Positions 1-12,000 of a DNA stretch of 64,000 nucleotides are shown here, piece by piece; the stretch's first letter is position 1; the number at the start of each line of letters is the position of its first letter. Location: NCBI GenBank assembly GCA_028826165.1, contig JAPDFW010000107.1:62001-126000 (forward strand), in the 5' to 3' direction. The notes under the pieces were generated by a model. The model worked only from the letters and a program-made list of their open reading frames with translations. It was not told where the DNA came from and ran no database searches. Both the position numbers and the translations under genes were made by a program. This DNA is from Anaeramoeba ignava BMAN (taxonomy: Eukaryota; Protista; Anaeramoebae).

Positions 1-492
1 ATCAAGATATTTTTGGAAAAAAACCAGAAGAGCAGTGTAGAGGTCGTTGGCGATTTCTTCTTCATTAGTTACAAACCCTGCATTATTATTAACATAACTG
101 AAACCTGTACCAACTGGACTATCTATATAAAGCATGTGTAATTTTGTATTCCATGTGAATGTGTTTCTGTAAAGACTTCCATTACTATGAACAAAAACTG
201 GTCCATTTTCTTCCATTAATCCAATCATTGATGAACATCCTGGTCCTCCTTGTAACCATATTCCTACTGGATCATCTTGTTTATCTTGTGATGGAAAAAA
301 TGCATAAAATATATTCGATCCATATGTTGTATTTACTGTTATGTATCCTGTATAACAATCAAGTCCATCAAGTGTTGTTTTTGTTTGTGTTAAAACTTCT
401 TCTGGTGTTAAATTGTTAATTATTACTTTAGGATGACTTGTTACTAATGTTATTAAAATTGTTAAAGTTATTAAAATCAATTTAATTTTCAT
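1..492 (-). CDS. Serine carboxypeptidase S10 (CPVL-like), copy A; 5' part only, runs off the window start
   Basis: ATG at 492; near-identical to copies B and C; WLQGGPGCSSMIG and YIDSPVGTGFSY motifs; hydrophobic signal-peptide-like N-terminus. Confidence 0.9.
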   Translation of the reverse strand, partial: MKIKLILITLTILITLVTSHPKVIINNLTPEEVLTQTKTTLDGLDCYTGYITVNTTYGSNIFYAFFPSQDKQDDPVGIWLQGGPGCSSMIGLMEENGPVFVHSNGSLYRNTFTWNTKLHMLYIDSPVGTGFSYVNNNAGFVTNEEEIANDLYTALLVFFQKYLD

Positions 493-619
493 TTTGTTTT
501 TTTTGTTTTAAAAAAAATTTTTTTTTTCTTATTTAAAAAATCAAAAAAAATCAAAAAATTAAAAAAAAAAATGAAAATTAAAAATTTAAAAAAAAATTTT
601 TTTTCTTTTTCTTTTTCTT

Positions 620-2448
620 TTAATTTAATTTAAATTTTCTTAATTAATTAATTTTATTAATATTTTATAATTAAATATTTATTCATTTCATATTTAGATT
701 TTTATATAAATTTATTAAATTAATTTAATTTAAATATTATTTAATTTTTTAATTATTTTAATTTATAATTTAATTTAAATTTTCTTAATTAATTAATTTT
801 ATTAATATTTTATAATTAAATATTTATTCATTTCATATTTAGATTTTTATATAAATTTATTAAAATTATTTAATTTAAATATTATTTAATTTTTAATTAT
901 TTTAATTTATAATTTAATTTGATATTAATTAATTAATTAATTTTATTAATATTTTATAAATAAATATTTATTCATTTTATATTTATATTTTTATATAAAT
1001 TTATTAAATTAATTTAATTTAAATATTATTTAATTTTTAATTATTTTATTTTATAATTTAATTTGATATTAATTAATTAATTAATTTTATTAATATTTTA
1101 TAAATAAATATTTATTCATTTTATATTTATATTTTTATATAAATTTATTAAATTAATTTAATTTAAATATTATTTAATTTTTTAATTATTTTATTTATAA
1201 TTTAATTTAATATTTCTTAATTAATTAATTTTATTAATATTTTATAAATAAATATCTATTCATTTTATATTTAGATTTTTATATAAATTTATTAAATTAA
1301 TTTAATTTAAATATTATTTTATTATTTTAATTATTTTAATTTATAATTTAATTTAAATTTTCTTAATTAATTAATTTTATTAATATTTTATAAATAAATA
1401 TTTATTCATTTTATATTTAGATTTTTATATAAATTTATTAAAATTATTTGATTTAAATATTATTTTATTTTTTAATTATTTTAATTTATAATTTAATTTA
1501 AATTTTCTTAATTAATTAATTTTTTAATATTTTTATAATTAAATATTTATTCATTTCATATCTAGATTTTTATATAAATTTATTAAATTAATTTAATTTA
1601 AATATTATTTAATTTTTAATTATTTTATTTTATAATTTAATTTGATATTAATTAATTAATTAATTTTATTAATATTTTATAATTAAATATTTATTCATTT
1701 CATATTTAGATTTTTATATAAATTTATTAAAATTATTTAATTTAAATATTATTTTATTTTTAATTATTTTTAATTTATAATTTAATTTAATATTTCTTAT
1801 TTAATTAATTTTATTAATATTTTATAATTAAATATCTATTCATTTCATATCTAGATTTTTATATAAATTTATTAAATTTATTTAATTTAAATATTATTTT
1901 ATTTTTAATTATTTTAATTTATAATTTAATTTGATATTTTAATTAATTTTATTAATATTTTATAATTAAATATTTATTCATTTCATATTTAGATTTTTAT
2001 ATAAATTTATTAAATTATTTGATTTAAATATTATTTAATTTTTAATTATTTTAATTTATAATTTAATTTAAATTTTCTTATTTAATTAATTTTATTAATA
2101 TTTTATAATTAAATATTTATTCATTTCATATCTAGATTTTTATATAAATTTATTAAATTAATTTAATTTAAATATTATTTAATTTTTTAATTATTTTAAT
2201 TTATAATTTAATTTGATATTAATTAATTAATTAATTTTATTAATATTTTATAATTAAATATCTATTCATTTTATATCTAGATTTTTATATAAATTTATTA
2301 AATTAATTTAATTTAAATATTATTTAATTTTTTAATTATTTTATTTTATAATTTAATTTAATATTTCTTAATTAATTAATTTTATTAATATTTTATAATT
2401 AAATATCTATTCATTTTATATTTAGATTTTTATATAAATTTATTAAAT
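620..2448. repeat. AT-rich tandem satellite, about 13 units of about 144 bp
   Basis: Marker TTCATTT(C/T)ATAT(T/C)TAGATTTTT recurs at about 682, 827, 971, 1115, 1259, 1405, 1550, 1694, 1839, 1977, 2120, 2265 and 2410. Confidence 0.9.
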
Positions 2449-2519
2449 GAATTTCAATCCAAAAGGAAATTCAAAAAGAAATAATTGAGAAAAGAAAAGA
2501 AAATCTTCTTTCTAATTAA

Positions 2520-3960
2520 TTAATTGTCTTCATTAAAAGGAATATCAAAAACAAATCTTTTTATCATATCTAATGAATTTTCTGGTTGATCCATCTAATA
2601 AATTAAAATAAAATAAAATTAAAATTTAAATTACAAATCTTATATATAAAAAAATAAAATAAATTATAAAATTACAGGTCTATTTTTTAAAAAATAAAAA
2701 TTAAAATGAATTAAAATGAATTAAAATTAAAAAAACTCACGATAAATGACCAGCATTTGCAATCACAACAAAAAATAAGTTTTGGTAATTTTGAACAAAT
2801 CCTGCAACATTTGAATCAACTTTCCAAATAGTTCTTTCAGCAGATTTAAATTTATCAATAAATTTCCAATCCAATTTTTGAATCCAATTATAAGCACCAA
2901 TAGCATTAATAATGAAATCAAATTGACCATTATAAATAAGAACTTTATAACCAGAAGAAAGAAGAGCTTGAACTTTATAAGCAACACTTTGAGTGATATC
3001 TTCATTAAACATATCATTTACAGTATAGTTACATACTACCCAATCATTATCAACACCAAAACTATCCTTTAGCTCTTGAGTATTAAGGAAATCAATAATA
3101 GGATTATAATTATATTCACCATATTTGCGAATATCATATTCATTCACATCTCCTGAAATTATGACAACTCTTGTTCTAGCAAGCCTGTATTCATGTGTCG
3201 CATCATCCCATTCTTTAGCATTGATATCAACAATACATTCGTTTTGATAAGCTTCAATTTCTTCAATTTCATTTTTTGCAATGATTCCAACGGAATAAGC
3301 AAATTCTGCATAAGTTTCAACCTGATTAATAGGATCAACTGAACCATCTCCAACTCCAAGACCTTTTAAATGAAGTTTATTACCTTCATTCATGATTTTA
3401 TAAGAAATTGAAGGTACATATTTTCCTCCATAACTTTCACCAAATATATAAAGATCTTGAGTTGAATAATCAAGATATTTTTGGAAAAAAACCAGAAGAG
3501 CAGTGTAGAGTTCGTTGGCGATTTCTTCTTCATCAGTTACAAACCCTGCATTATTATTAACATAACTGAAACCTGTACCAACTGGACTATCTATATAAAG
3601 CATGTGCAATTTTGTATTCCATGTGAATGTGTTTCTGTAAAGACTTCCATTACTATGAACAAAAACTGGTCCATTTTCTTCCATCATTCCAAAAATAGAT
3701 GAACATCCTGGTCCTCCTTGTAACCATATTCCTACTGGATCATCTTGTTTATCTTGTGATGGGAAAAATGCATAAAATATATTCGATCCATATGTTGTAT
3801 TTACTGTTATATATCCTGTATAACAATCAAGTCCATCAAGTGTTGTTTTTGTTTGTGTTAAAACTTCTTCTGGTGTTAAATTGTTAATTATTACTTTAGG
3901 ATGACATATTACTAAATTTATTAAAATTGTTAAAGTTATTAAAATCAATTTAATTTTCAT
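2520..3960 (-). CDS. Serine carboxypeptidase S10 (CPVL-like), copy B; exons 3960-2741, 2679-2676 (4 nt), 2594-2520
   Basis: WLQGGPGCSS, catalytic Ser in GESYGG, NGQFD; catalytic His motif GHLSPMDQP is completed only by splicing in the 4-nt exon ACCT. Confidence 0.92.
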
Positions 3961-4219
3961 TTTGTTTTTTTTGTTTTAAAAAAAAAGGAGAACAAAAATA
4001 AAAATGAAAAATTTAAAATAAAACATTTTTCCTTTCTTTTTCTATTTATAATTTAATTTGATATTTCTTATTTAATTAATTTTATTAATATTTTATAATT
4101 AAATATCTATTCATTTTATATTTAGATTTTTATATAAATTTATTAAATGAATTTCAATCCAAAAGGAAATTCAAAAAGAATTAATTGAGAAAAGAAAAGA
4201 AAATCTTCTTTCCAATTAA

Positions 4220-5671
4220 TTAATTGCCTTCATTAAAAGGAATATCAAAAACAAATCTTTTTATCATATCTAATGAATTTTCTGGTTGATCCATCTAATA
4301 AATTAAAATAAAATAAAATTACAAATTAAAATTACAAATCTTATATATAAAAAATAAATAAATTATAAAATTACAGGTCTATTTTTTAAAAATAAAAATT
4401 AAAAATTAAAATTAAAAATGAATTAAATGGATTTAAAATTAAAAAAACTCACGATAAATGACCAGCATTTGCAATCACAACAAAAAATAAATTTTGATAA
4501 TTTTGAACAAATCCTGCAACATTTGAATCAACTTTCCAAATAGTTCTTTCAGCAGATTTAAATTTGTCAATAAATTCCCAATCCAATTTTTGAATCCAAT
4601 TATAAGCACCAATAGCATTAATAATGAAATCAAATTGACCATTATAAATAAGAACTTTATAACCAGAAGAAAGAAGAGCTTGAACTTTATAAGCAACACT
4701 TTGAGTGATATCTTCATGAAACATATCATTTACAGTATAGTTACATACTACCCAATCATTATCAACACCAAAACTATCCTTTAGCTCTTGAGTATTAAGG
4801 AAATCAATAATAGGATTATAATTATATTCACCATATTTGCGAATATCAAATTGATTCACATTTCCTGAAATTTTAACTGCTGTTTCTTCACCAGCCCAAA
4901 ATTCATGTGTCGCATCATCCCATTCTTTAGCATTGATATCAACAATACATTCGTTTTGATAAGCTTCAATTTCTTCAATTTCATTTTTGCAATGATTCCA
5001 ACGGAATAAGCAAATTCTGCATAATATCCAACTTGATTAATAGGATCAGTAAGACCATCTCCAATTCCAAGACCTTTTAAATGAAGTTTATTACCTTCAT
5101 TCATGATTTTATAAGAAATTGAAGGTACATATTTTCCTCCATAACTTTCACCAAATATATAAAGATCTTGAGTTGAATAATCAAGATATTTTTGGAAAAA
5201 AATCAGAAGAGCAGTGTAGAGTTCGTTGGCCATTTCTTCTTCATTAGTTACAAACCCTGCATTATTATTAACATAACTGAAACCTGTACCAACTGGACTA
5301 TCTATATAAAGCATATGTAATTTTGTATTCCATGTGAATGTGTTTCTGTAAAGACTTCCATTACTATGAACAAAAACTGGTCCATTTTCTTCCATTAATC
5401 CCATCATTGATGAACATCCTGGTCCTCCTTGTAACCATATTCCTACTGGGTCATCTTGTTTATCTTGTGATGGAAAAAATGCATAAAATATATTCGATCC
5501 ATATGTTGTATTTACTGTTATATATCCTGTATAACAATCAAGTCCATCAAGTGTTGTTTTTGTTTGTGTTAAAACTTCTTCTGGTGTTAAATTGTTAATT
5601 ATTACTTTAGGATGACATGTTACTAATGTTATTAAAATTGTTAAAGTTATTAAAATCAATTTAATTTTCAT
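4220..5671 (-). CDS. Serine carboxypeptidase S10, copy C; one-base loss in an A-run at about 4984-4988; exons 5671-4453, 4378-4375, 4294-4220
   Basis: ORFs 4856-5671 and 4449-4859 join if the T5 run at 4984-4988 is T6 as in copy B (3272-3277); likely homopolymer error, otherwise a young pseudogene. Confidence 0.85.
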
Positions 5672-5852
5672 TTTGTTTTTTGTTGTTTTAAAAAAAAAAG
5701 GAGAACAAAAATGAAAATGAAAATTTAAAATGAAAAATTTTTCCTTTCTTTTTCTATTTATAATTTAATTCAAATTTTCTTATTTAATTAATTTTATTAA
5801 TATTTTATAATTAAATACTTATTCATTTCATATCTAGATTTTTATATAAATT

Positions 5853-6725
5853 TTAATCAAAAAAATTTGAAAAATTCGGTAAAAATTTTCTACAACACTC
5901 TTCTCCACAAAAACAAACTTTAGAATCACAATCTCCCATTTTTTCTAAAGAATGAATAAAAGTTCCATAATCAAAACAAAGCTCTTCTTCTGGTTCAATG
6001 TTTCGATTAGCAAAAAAACCAACATGAGGAATTTGATAATCAAATCTTATAAAAAAAATACTTAAATTTGGAAAACAAGAATGATTGAAAAATCTTGAAA
6101 CATTTCCTTTGTATTCCGAATCAATATTTGTCCTCATTATAAAAGGAAACTTTTTTTCTGATACTTTTTCTTCCCAATCAACAATAAGTTTTGGATCAAA
6201 TTCTCCCAAATTTTCTGATTGATTTGAATTAGAAAATCCAATGAATTCTAAAACAGTCAAAATATAATTTGATTCTTTCGGAATTTTAAGTCTTTTCTCA
6301 CATTCCTTTTTTGTTAAAATTTCTCCACAATATTCACAAATAAATTCCCCTTTTTCGCATTTCTCAAGAGTTTTAACACCAAATCCTTTTGATTTTGTTT
6401 TGAAAATTTGCAGTTTTGTTTTCAACCCTTTTTGCACAACTTTATTTCTGCAATCACATTGTTGATTTTCATGGCATTCAATAATTGGCTCTTGAATCAA
6501 ATTGTGAGATATTTTTTCCATTTGAATTAATTTCCCACCAAAATCATAATTATTTTGGTTCCAACATTGAGGTTGAATAAGATGATTGAATAACTGAATT
6601 TTTTTAGAAGAAGAAACATAATTTAAAATGTATTGAAACTTTGATTTTTGTTTAATTTCTTTATAATCTTTTTGAGAAATTAAAACAGGAATTTTTTCAA
6701 TTCCATTTGAAAAATCTAGAAGCAT
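5853..6725 (-). CDS. SET-domain histone-lysine methyltransferase (SETMAR/SUV39-type, reduced pre-SET, post-SET)
   Basis: KGFGVKT, FICEYCGEI, RFFNHSCFPN, EELCFDY, post-SET CFCGEECCRKFLP; probable ATG at 6725 (MLLDFSNG). Confidence 0.9.
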   Translation of the reverse strand: MLLDFSNGIEKIPVLISQKDYKEIKQKSKFQYILNYVSSSKKIQLFNHLIQPQCWNQNNYDFGGKLIQMEKISHNLIQEPIIECHENQQCDCRNKVVQKGLKTKLQIFKTKSKGFGVKTLEKCEKGEFICEYCGEILTKKECEKRLKIPKESNYILTVLEFIGFSNSNQSENLGEFDPKLIVDWEEKVSEKKFPFIMRTNIDSEYKGNVSRFFNHSCFPNLSIFFIRFDYQIPHVGFFANRNIEPEEELCFDYGTFIHSLEKMGDCDSKVCFCGEECCRKFLPNFSNFFD

Positions 6726-6807
6726 TTGATAAAATTTGATAAAGAAGAAAAAAATGAAAAAAATGAAAAAAAAAAAGTGGAACAAAAAAATGTTTCCGTT
6801 TTTTTTT

Positions 6808-7701
6808 TTAAATCTTCACAAAAGACCAAAGTTGATTTTCTCCAATAATTCCTCCTTTATAAATAGTGTAAATATTAATTGGTTCATTTTCCTCTAATCC
6901 TCCAGCTTGAACATGAATACATTTGCCATCAGACTTGGAAACAATATAGAAATCATTTGGATTTTCATTCTTAAAAACCCACATTTGATTTTTTTTGCCT
7001 TCAAAATTTGACAAAATGATTTTTTCACCATCTTGACTAACTTCATTTTCTGTTGATAAACATAAATCATTTGATTTATTAATAATTGCAAAAGATAAAC
7101 CGTCTTCAGCCGTAAGAAGCGCCCATTTCTGACTTGATTTCCCAAGAGGACTTGACTGGCAAATGGTGCTTTTTGGATTATTAGGATCAACAATTTCCAA
7201 ACATTTTCCTGAGTTCATATTGATAATGTAATGGAAAGCAATTTTTCTTGGGAACAAATTCCATAAAATTTCTTTTTTTTCTTGTTCTTCTTTTTCGTCT
7301 TTTTTCACTTTTTCTTCAAATTCTTTGTTTTCTCTCAATTCAACTGATAATTTTGGTTTTTTTTCCCAGTTGATTTCAAGAGGAACAGAAGCTAAAACGA
7401 AATTTGTTAAAAAGGATGAGATTTTGAAATAAGATCCTTTCTTTTTTTCAATTTTCCATAATTGATGTTCTGAGTCTTTAATTTCTTCATAGATCACTCT
7501 TTTGCTTTTTGTTATTGATAAACATTTATTAGTAGAAATTGATTCAATGCGAAAATATTGATTAACTTGAACAAATTTCCAAAATTGGGAATTTGATTTA
7601 TTAGTTGTTGATAATTTTATTTCTTCTGAATCCAGTGATTCAAATTGAAGAGATTTAAATGAAGCTTTATTGATAATTTGATATAAAGAATCAACAAACA
7701 T
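6808..7701 (-). CDS. Tandem ricin-B (beta-trefoil) lectin-like protein
   Basis: Repeated QxW motifs (SQFW, HQLW, SQKW, NQMW, NQLW) with SGKCL/TNKCL/DGKCI. Confidence 0.85.
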   Translation of the reverse strand: MFVDSLYQIINKASFKSLQFESLDSEEIKLSTTNKSNSQFWKFVQVNQYFRIESISTNKCLSITKSKRVIYEEIKDSEHQLWKIEKKKGSYFKISSFLTNFVLASVPLEINWEKKPKLSVELRENKEFEEKVKKDEKEEQEKKEILWNLFPRKIAFHYIINMNSGKCLEIVDPNNPKSTICQSSPLGKSSQKWALLTAEDGLSFAIINKSNDLCLSTENEVSQDGEKIILSNFEGKKNQMWVFKNENPNDFYIVSKSDGKCIHVQAGGLEENEPINIYTIYKGGIIGENQLWSFVKI

Positions 7702-7787
7702 TTTTCTTATTATTTTTTTCTTAATTAAAAAAATGAAAAAAAAATGAAAAAAATTAAAATTTTTTTTTTACTCATTTTTATTTTTGG

Positions 7788-8825
7788 ATGAATCAAGAAA
7801 AAAGTATTGCTCTTTCAATAATTTCTAATAATTCTTGCGGAATCGGTTTGCCCAAGTTTCCAAATGTTTTCTTTATTAAAAACCTTAATTTCCAAGCAGA
7901 ACATGGACTTTCTTTTCTAATTGAAGTTTTGGAAACTCCAAAAAAGAAAAACATTGATTCAATTATAAAATCCAAAAAGATTTTCACAGCTTTATTTGAT
8001 ACAGGCGGGAATACAAACACAATATTCAACAACTTTCCATATTTCCAAAGAAATTATTCAGACATATCAAGAATTGTATTGTCTCATGGTCATTATGATC
8101 ATATTGGAGGATTGAAACAAGTAGTAGAAAATATTGATAAAACAAATCAAAAAGATCTCAAAATCATTGCTCATCCTGATTCAAAAAACATCAAGGTTAT
8201 CCAATACAAAATGAAAGGGAAATGCAATGATCTTATTGGGAAAACATTAGATGAAGCTGAACCTGATTTCCAAAATGGATCATTCCGTAAATTTGATAGA
8301 ATTCCACTTGTTGAGAGAATTGAATCCAAAACTGAACCAGAGGTTCTTTATGAAGATTCAGATGGAATCAAGATTTTTACTACTGGAGAAGTTCCCAGAA
8401 ACAATTCTTATGAAATTGTACCGAAAAGATTTTTACAGTTTAATGACAAAACTGGGAAAATTGAAAAAGATGATATTTTGGATGATCTTTCTTTAGTTCT
8501 TGAAACTGGAAAAAATAAACCTGCAATTTTAGTAACAGGTTGTTGTCATGCTGGGATTGTGAATACTTATGAAAGAGCCAAAACCTTAACCAAATCTCCG
8601 ATTGATGTTGCTATTGGTGGGTTTCATTTGGTTAGTGCTGATGAAGATAAATTGAAGTTTACTTCTGATTATTTGTTCAATAAAACTGAATTGAAAGCTG
8701 TTTTTCCAATTCATTGTTCAGGTTCACAAATTTTCCATGAAATTGAAAAATTAAGAGAGAAGAATAATGGAAAAGGGTTAAAAGCATTTAATGACAATCC
8801 AGTTGGATTAACTTTTCTTTTTTAA
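7788..8825 (+). CDS. Metallo-beta-lactamase-fold hydrolase, COG1237/MJ0301-like, intronless
   Basis: EHGLSFLIE, LFDTG, SHGHYDHIGGL (HxHxDH), TGCCHAGIVN, IGGFHL, HCSG. Confidence 0.88.
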   Translation: MNQEKSIALSIISNNSCGIGLPKFPNVFFIKNLNFQAEHGLSFLIEVLETPKKKNIDSIIKSKKIFTALFDTGGNTNTIFNNFPYFQRNYSDISRIVLSHGHYDHIGGLKQVVENIDKTNQKDLKIIAHPDSKNIKVIQYKMKGKCNDLIGKTLDEAEPDFQNGSFRKFDRIPLVERIESKTEPEVLYEDSDGIKIFTTGEVPRNNSYEIVPKRFLQFNDKTGKIEKDDILDDLSLVLETGKNKPAILVTGCCHAGIVNTYERAKTLTKSPIDVAIGGFHLVSADEDKLKFTSDYLFNKTELKAVFPIHCSGSQIFHEIEKLREKNNGKGLKAFNDNPVGLTFLF

Positions 8826-9030
8826 ATTCAAAATCAAAATCAAAATCAAATAAAATTTCATTTCTTAATTTGTTTAATTTTGTAAAAAATTTTTTTTCCT
8901 TCAAAAAAGAAAGAAAAAAAAAACAATCATATTTCAAAAAGAATAAAATTCATTTCATTTCATTTAATATTCCATATTTAAATTAATATTTGATATTTCA
9001 TATTTAAATTAATATTTGATATTTCATATT

Positions 9031-12000
9031 TCATATTAAATATTTCATTTTCGATTTTTTGATTGGTTTCTTGATTGGTTTCTTGATTGGTTTCTTGATT
9101 GATTCTTTGGTTGATTCTTTGGTTGATTCTTTGGTTGATTCTTTGGTTGATTCTGTGGTTGATTCTTTTGATTGATTCTCTTCTTTTTTTTGAGATTGAC
9201 TACTCCACATTTTTCGAAACTTTTCCATCTTTTCAAAAACTGGAAGATGAATTTGATAAGACATTAAATTGACAGCAATCATATGATTACAATTATCAAT
9301 AATCAAAGAAGCAAGAATACAATCACTATTATTATCATGCAATTGATCATCAACAGGAGTTGCACTTGTAATTTTCGCTAAACCTATAGCTTGTACAAAA
9401 TCTTCAGTGTCTTTAATAATTTGGTTGAGTTGGCGATTACATTCACCAATCAATTTTGTGTAATAAGTAGAATAATCTTCAACATCAGCATTCTTCATTG
9501 AAGGATTGACATACTTCATGTTTGCACGACGTACACGATTAATCAACTTGTAGAAATAGAACAGATTTGTTTTATCGCCTTGGATTGTGTTGAAAATTTT
9601 TTCGAGATCATCCATCCCATTTTGCTCTGTTTCTGATGACTCTGAATCTGCCTCTTCTGGAATGTTAAATTTGAGTCGGTTGATTTCATATTGTTTGGGC
9701 TTTTCATTCTCATCCATTTCTGTGATCTCCTTATCTTCAATCTTCTCAGGCTTCTCAAGCAACTTTGGATCATTTGGTTGCAGTTTTTCGGAGTTTTTTG
9801 TTGTGTTTTGGGGATCATTAGTTGAAATTCGATTTCCATCACGAATAAGTTCAGGTTGAATTGGCTTTTCAGCTTCCATTTTTTCTTGTTTGGGTTTTTC
9901 GGCAGATGTTTTTGAAATCTCTTTTGTATTTTCTGAGGTTTGTGTGTTTTCGAGTTGAGTAAGTTCACTTTTCTCAAGTGTTTTTTGTTTTGTTTGATTG
10001 TTTTCTGAGTTTATTATTTCTGGATTGGATTTAGACTCTTGAGATTCTTTGTTGTTAGATTGCATGGATGATTTTGTGGGACTATTTTTGAAAGGGTCAT
10101 CCATAACAACAAACTCATTTTCAAGGATAGGCGATTCCTTATTTTCTGATTCCATTTTGGATTGCAAATTTTGATTTTTGATTTTGCGTTGATTTTGCTT
10201 TTTGGGGATGATTTTAGTGCGGGTCATCTTGTCCATTTGACTGCTGAGTCTTGGCGCAGGGAAGTTCTGTTGCTCTTTGATTTTCTTTTGTCCTGTAGGA
10301 TTTTTTTCGCGGATCACAATCGGCGAGATTTTCTCTTTTGTCTTCTGTTCACTTCGAATTTCTCTCAGTTCATCCATGATGGATTTTGATTTCGGAGTCA
10401 TATGTTGTCCCATCTTATATCGTTTGAGAGAATCCTGCAGCTCGCGTATTTGGGTGCGTTGAGATTCAATGATTTCTGAGTCGTGTTTGGTTCGTGCCTC
10501 GAGTGATTCGTTTGACATTCTCAAGAAATTATTGCGATCGTCAACAAGAGTAAGTTCGTAACTCAACTTGTTGAACTCATCAATATCAACGGTTTGCTCT
10601 TGTAATTGCTTGAATTTTCGCTGCAATTCGCGCAACTGGCGATCCGCATCTTCCTTTTCATTTTGTGATTTGATTTTTTCATCCTCAAGAAGATCCACTT
10701 GATTTCGAAGCTTTTTGATTGTTGTTTCTTGCTTGGAAAGTCTTTGATTATTTTCTTCAAGTAATCGGTTTTTTTTCGTTAAATTCTCGATTTTTTGGAG
10801 AAGTATTTCTTGCGCCTCAATGATTTCGCCGTGCTGTTGCTCCTGAAGGAATTTTATGTTCTTTTCCTTCTCTTTTTCCATTTGTTGGTACGTTTCCTGC
10901 ATTTGATTCAGTTGATCCTGTGTTTGTTGCAGTGATTGCTCCAATTTTTGTGCCTCTTTTTGTGATTTATTCAAAAGAAATTCCGTTTTTCTTTTTTGAT
11001 CCGATAATTCTTGATATTGTGAGCTTAATTCCTTGATGTATTCTTCTTCTTCGTGTCGTTTCTGCACTTCCTTCTCCACGTCGTGTTGTAGTTCTTCTAT
11101 TGTTGATTCAAGTACTAAATTTTTTTCAAGAAGTGTTTGTCCTATTTCTGCTGCTAAAAGAAGATCTTTTTCTCGTTTGGCAAGTAGTTTTTCCATATTG
11201 GCTAGTTGTGAACGTAGATTTTCGTTTCTTGTTGGAATGTATGCTCTTGTTTTTTGTCCAGTGTTCCAAAATTGGTTCAATGTAACTCTAACCTTATCTA
11301 TATCTAAATATTTTTGAATTATATTTTAAATTTTTTTAAATTTTGATTTTGAATTTTATTTTGATTTTAATTTTGATTTGGATTTTGTTTTTAATTTTGA
11401 TTTTGATTTAAATTTTGATTTGGATTTTGATTTAAATTTTGATTTTGATTTATTTTGATTTTGATTTGAATTTTGTTTTGAATTTTATTTTGAATTTTAA
11501 TTTTGATTTAAATTTTGATTTGAATTGTTTTGAATTGTTTTGGATTTTATTTTGATTTTGATTTCGATTTTGATTTTGAATTTTATTTTAAATTTTAATT
11601 TTGATTTTGATTTTAATTTTTATTTTAAATTTTGAATTTAAATTTTGAATTTTGATTTTAAATTTTGTTTTAAATTTTGTTTTAAATTTTGTTTTAAATT
11701 TTGTTTTGGATTTTGTTTTTGATTTAAATTTTATTTTGGATTTTGATTTAAATTGTTTTAAATTTTGTTTTAAATTTTATTTTTAATTTTGATTTTGATT
11801 TAAATTTGAATTTTGATTTGGATTTTAATTTAAATTGTTTTAAATTGTTTTGAATTTTAATTTGATTTGAATTTTGATTTTGAATTTTGTTTTAAATTGT
11901 TTTGGATTTTGATTTTGAATTTTATTTTAAATTTTGATTTAGATTTTGATTTGGATTTTGTTTTAAATTTTGTTTTGGATTTTGATTTTGAATTTTATTT

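Noticed and set aside
620-2448. CRISPR-like periodicity
   Set aside because: Whole units are repeated with no unique spacers, no cas genes, and the context is eukaryotic
4981-4990. Programmed -1 frameshift in carboxypeptidase copy C
   Set aside because: The paralog has one more A in the same run; simple indel or sequencing error
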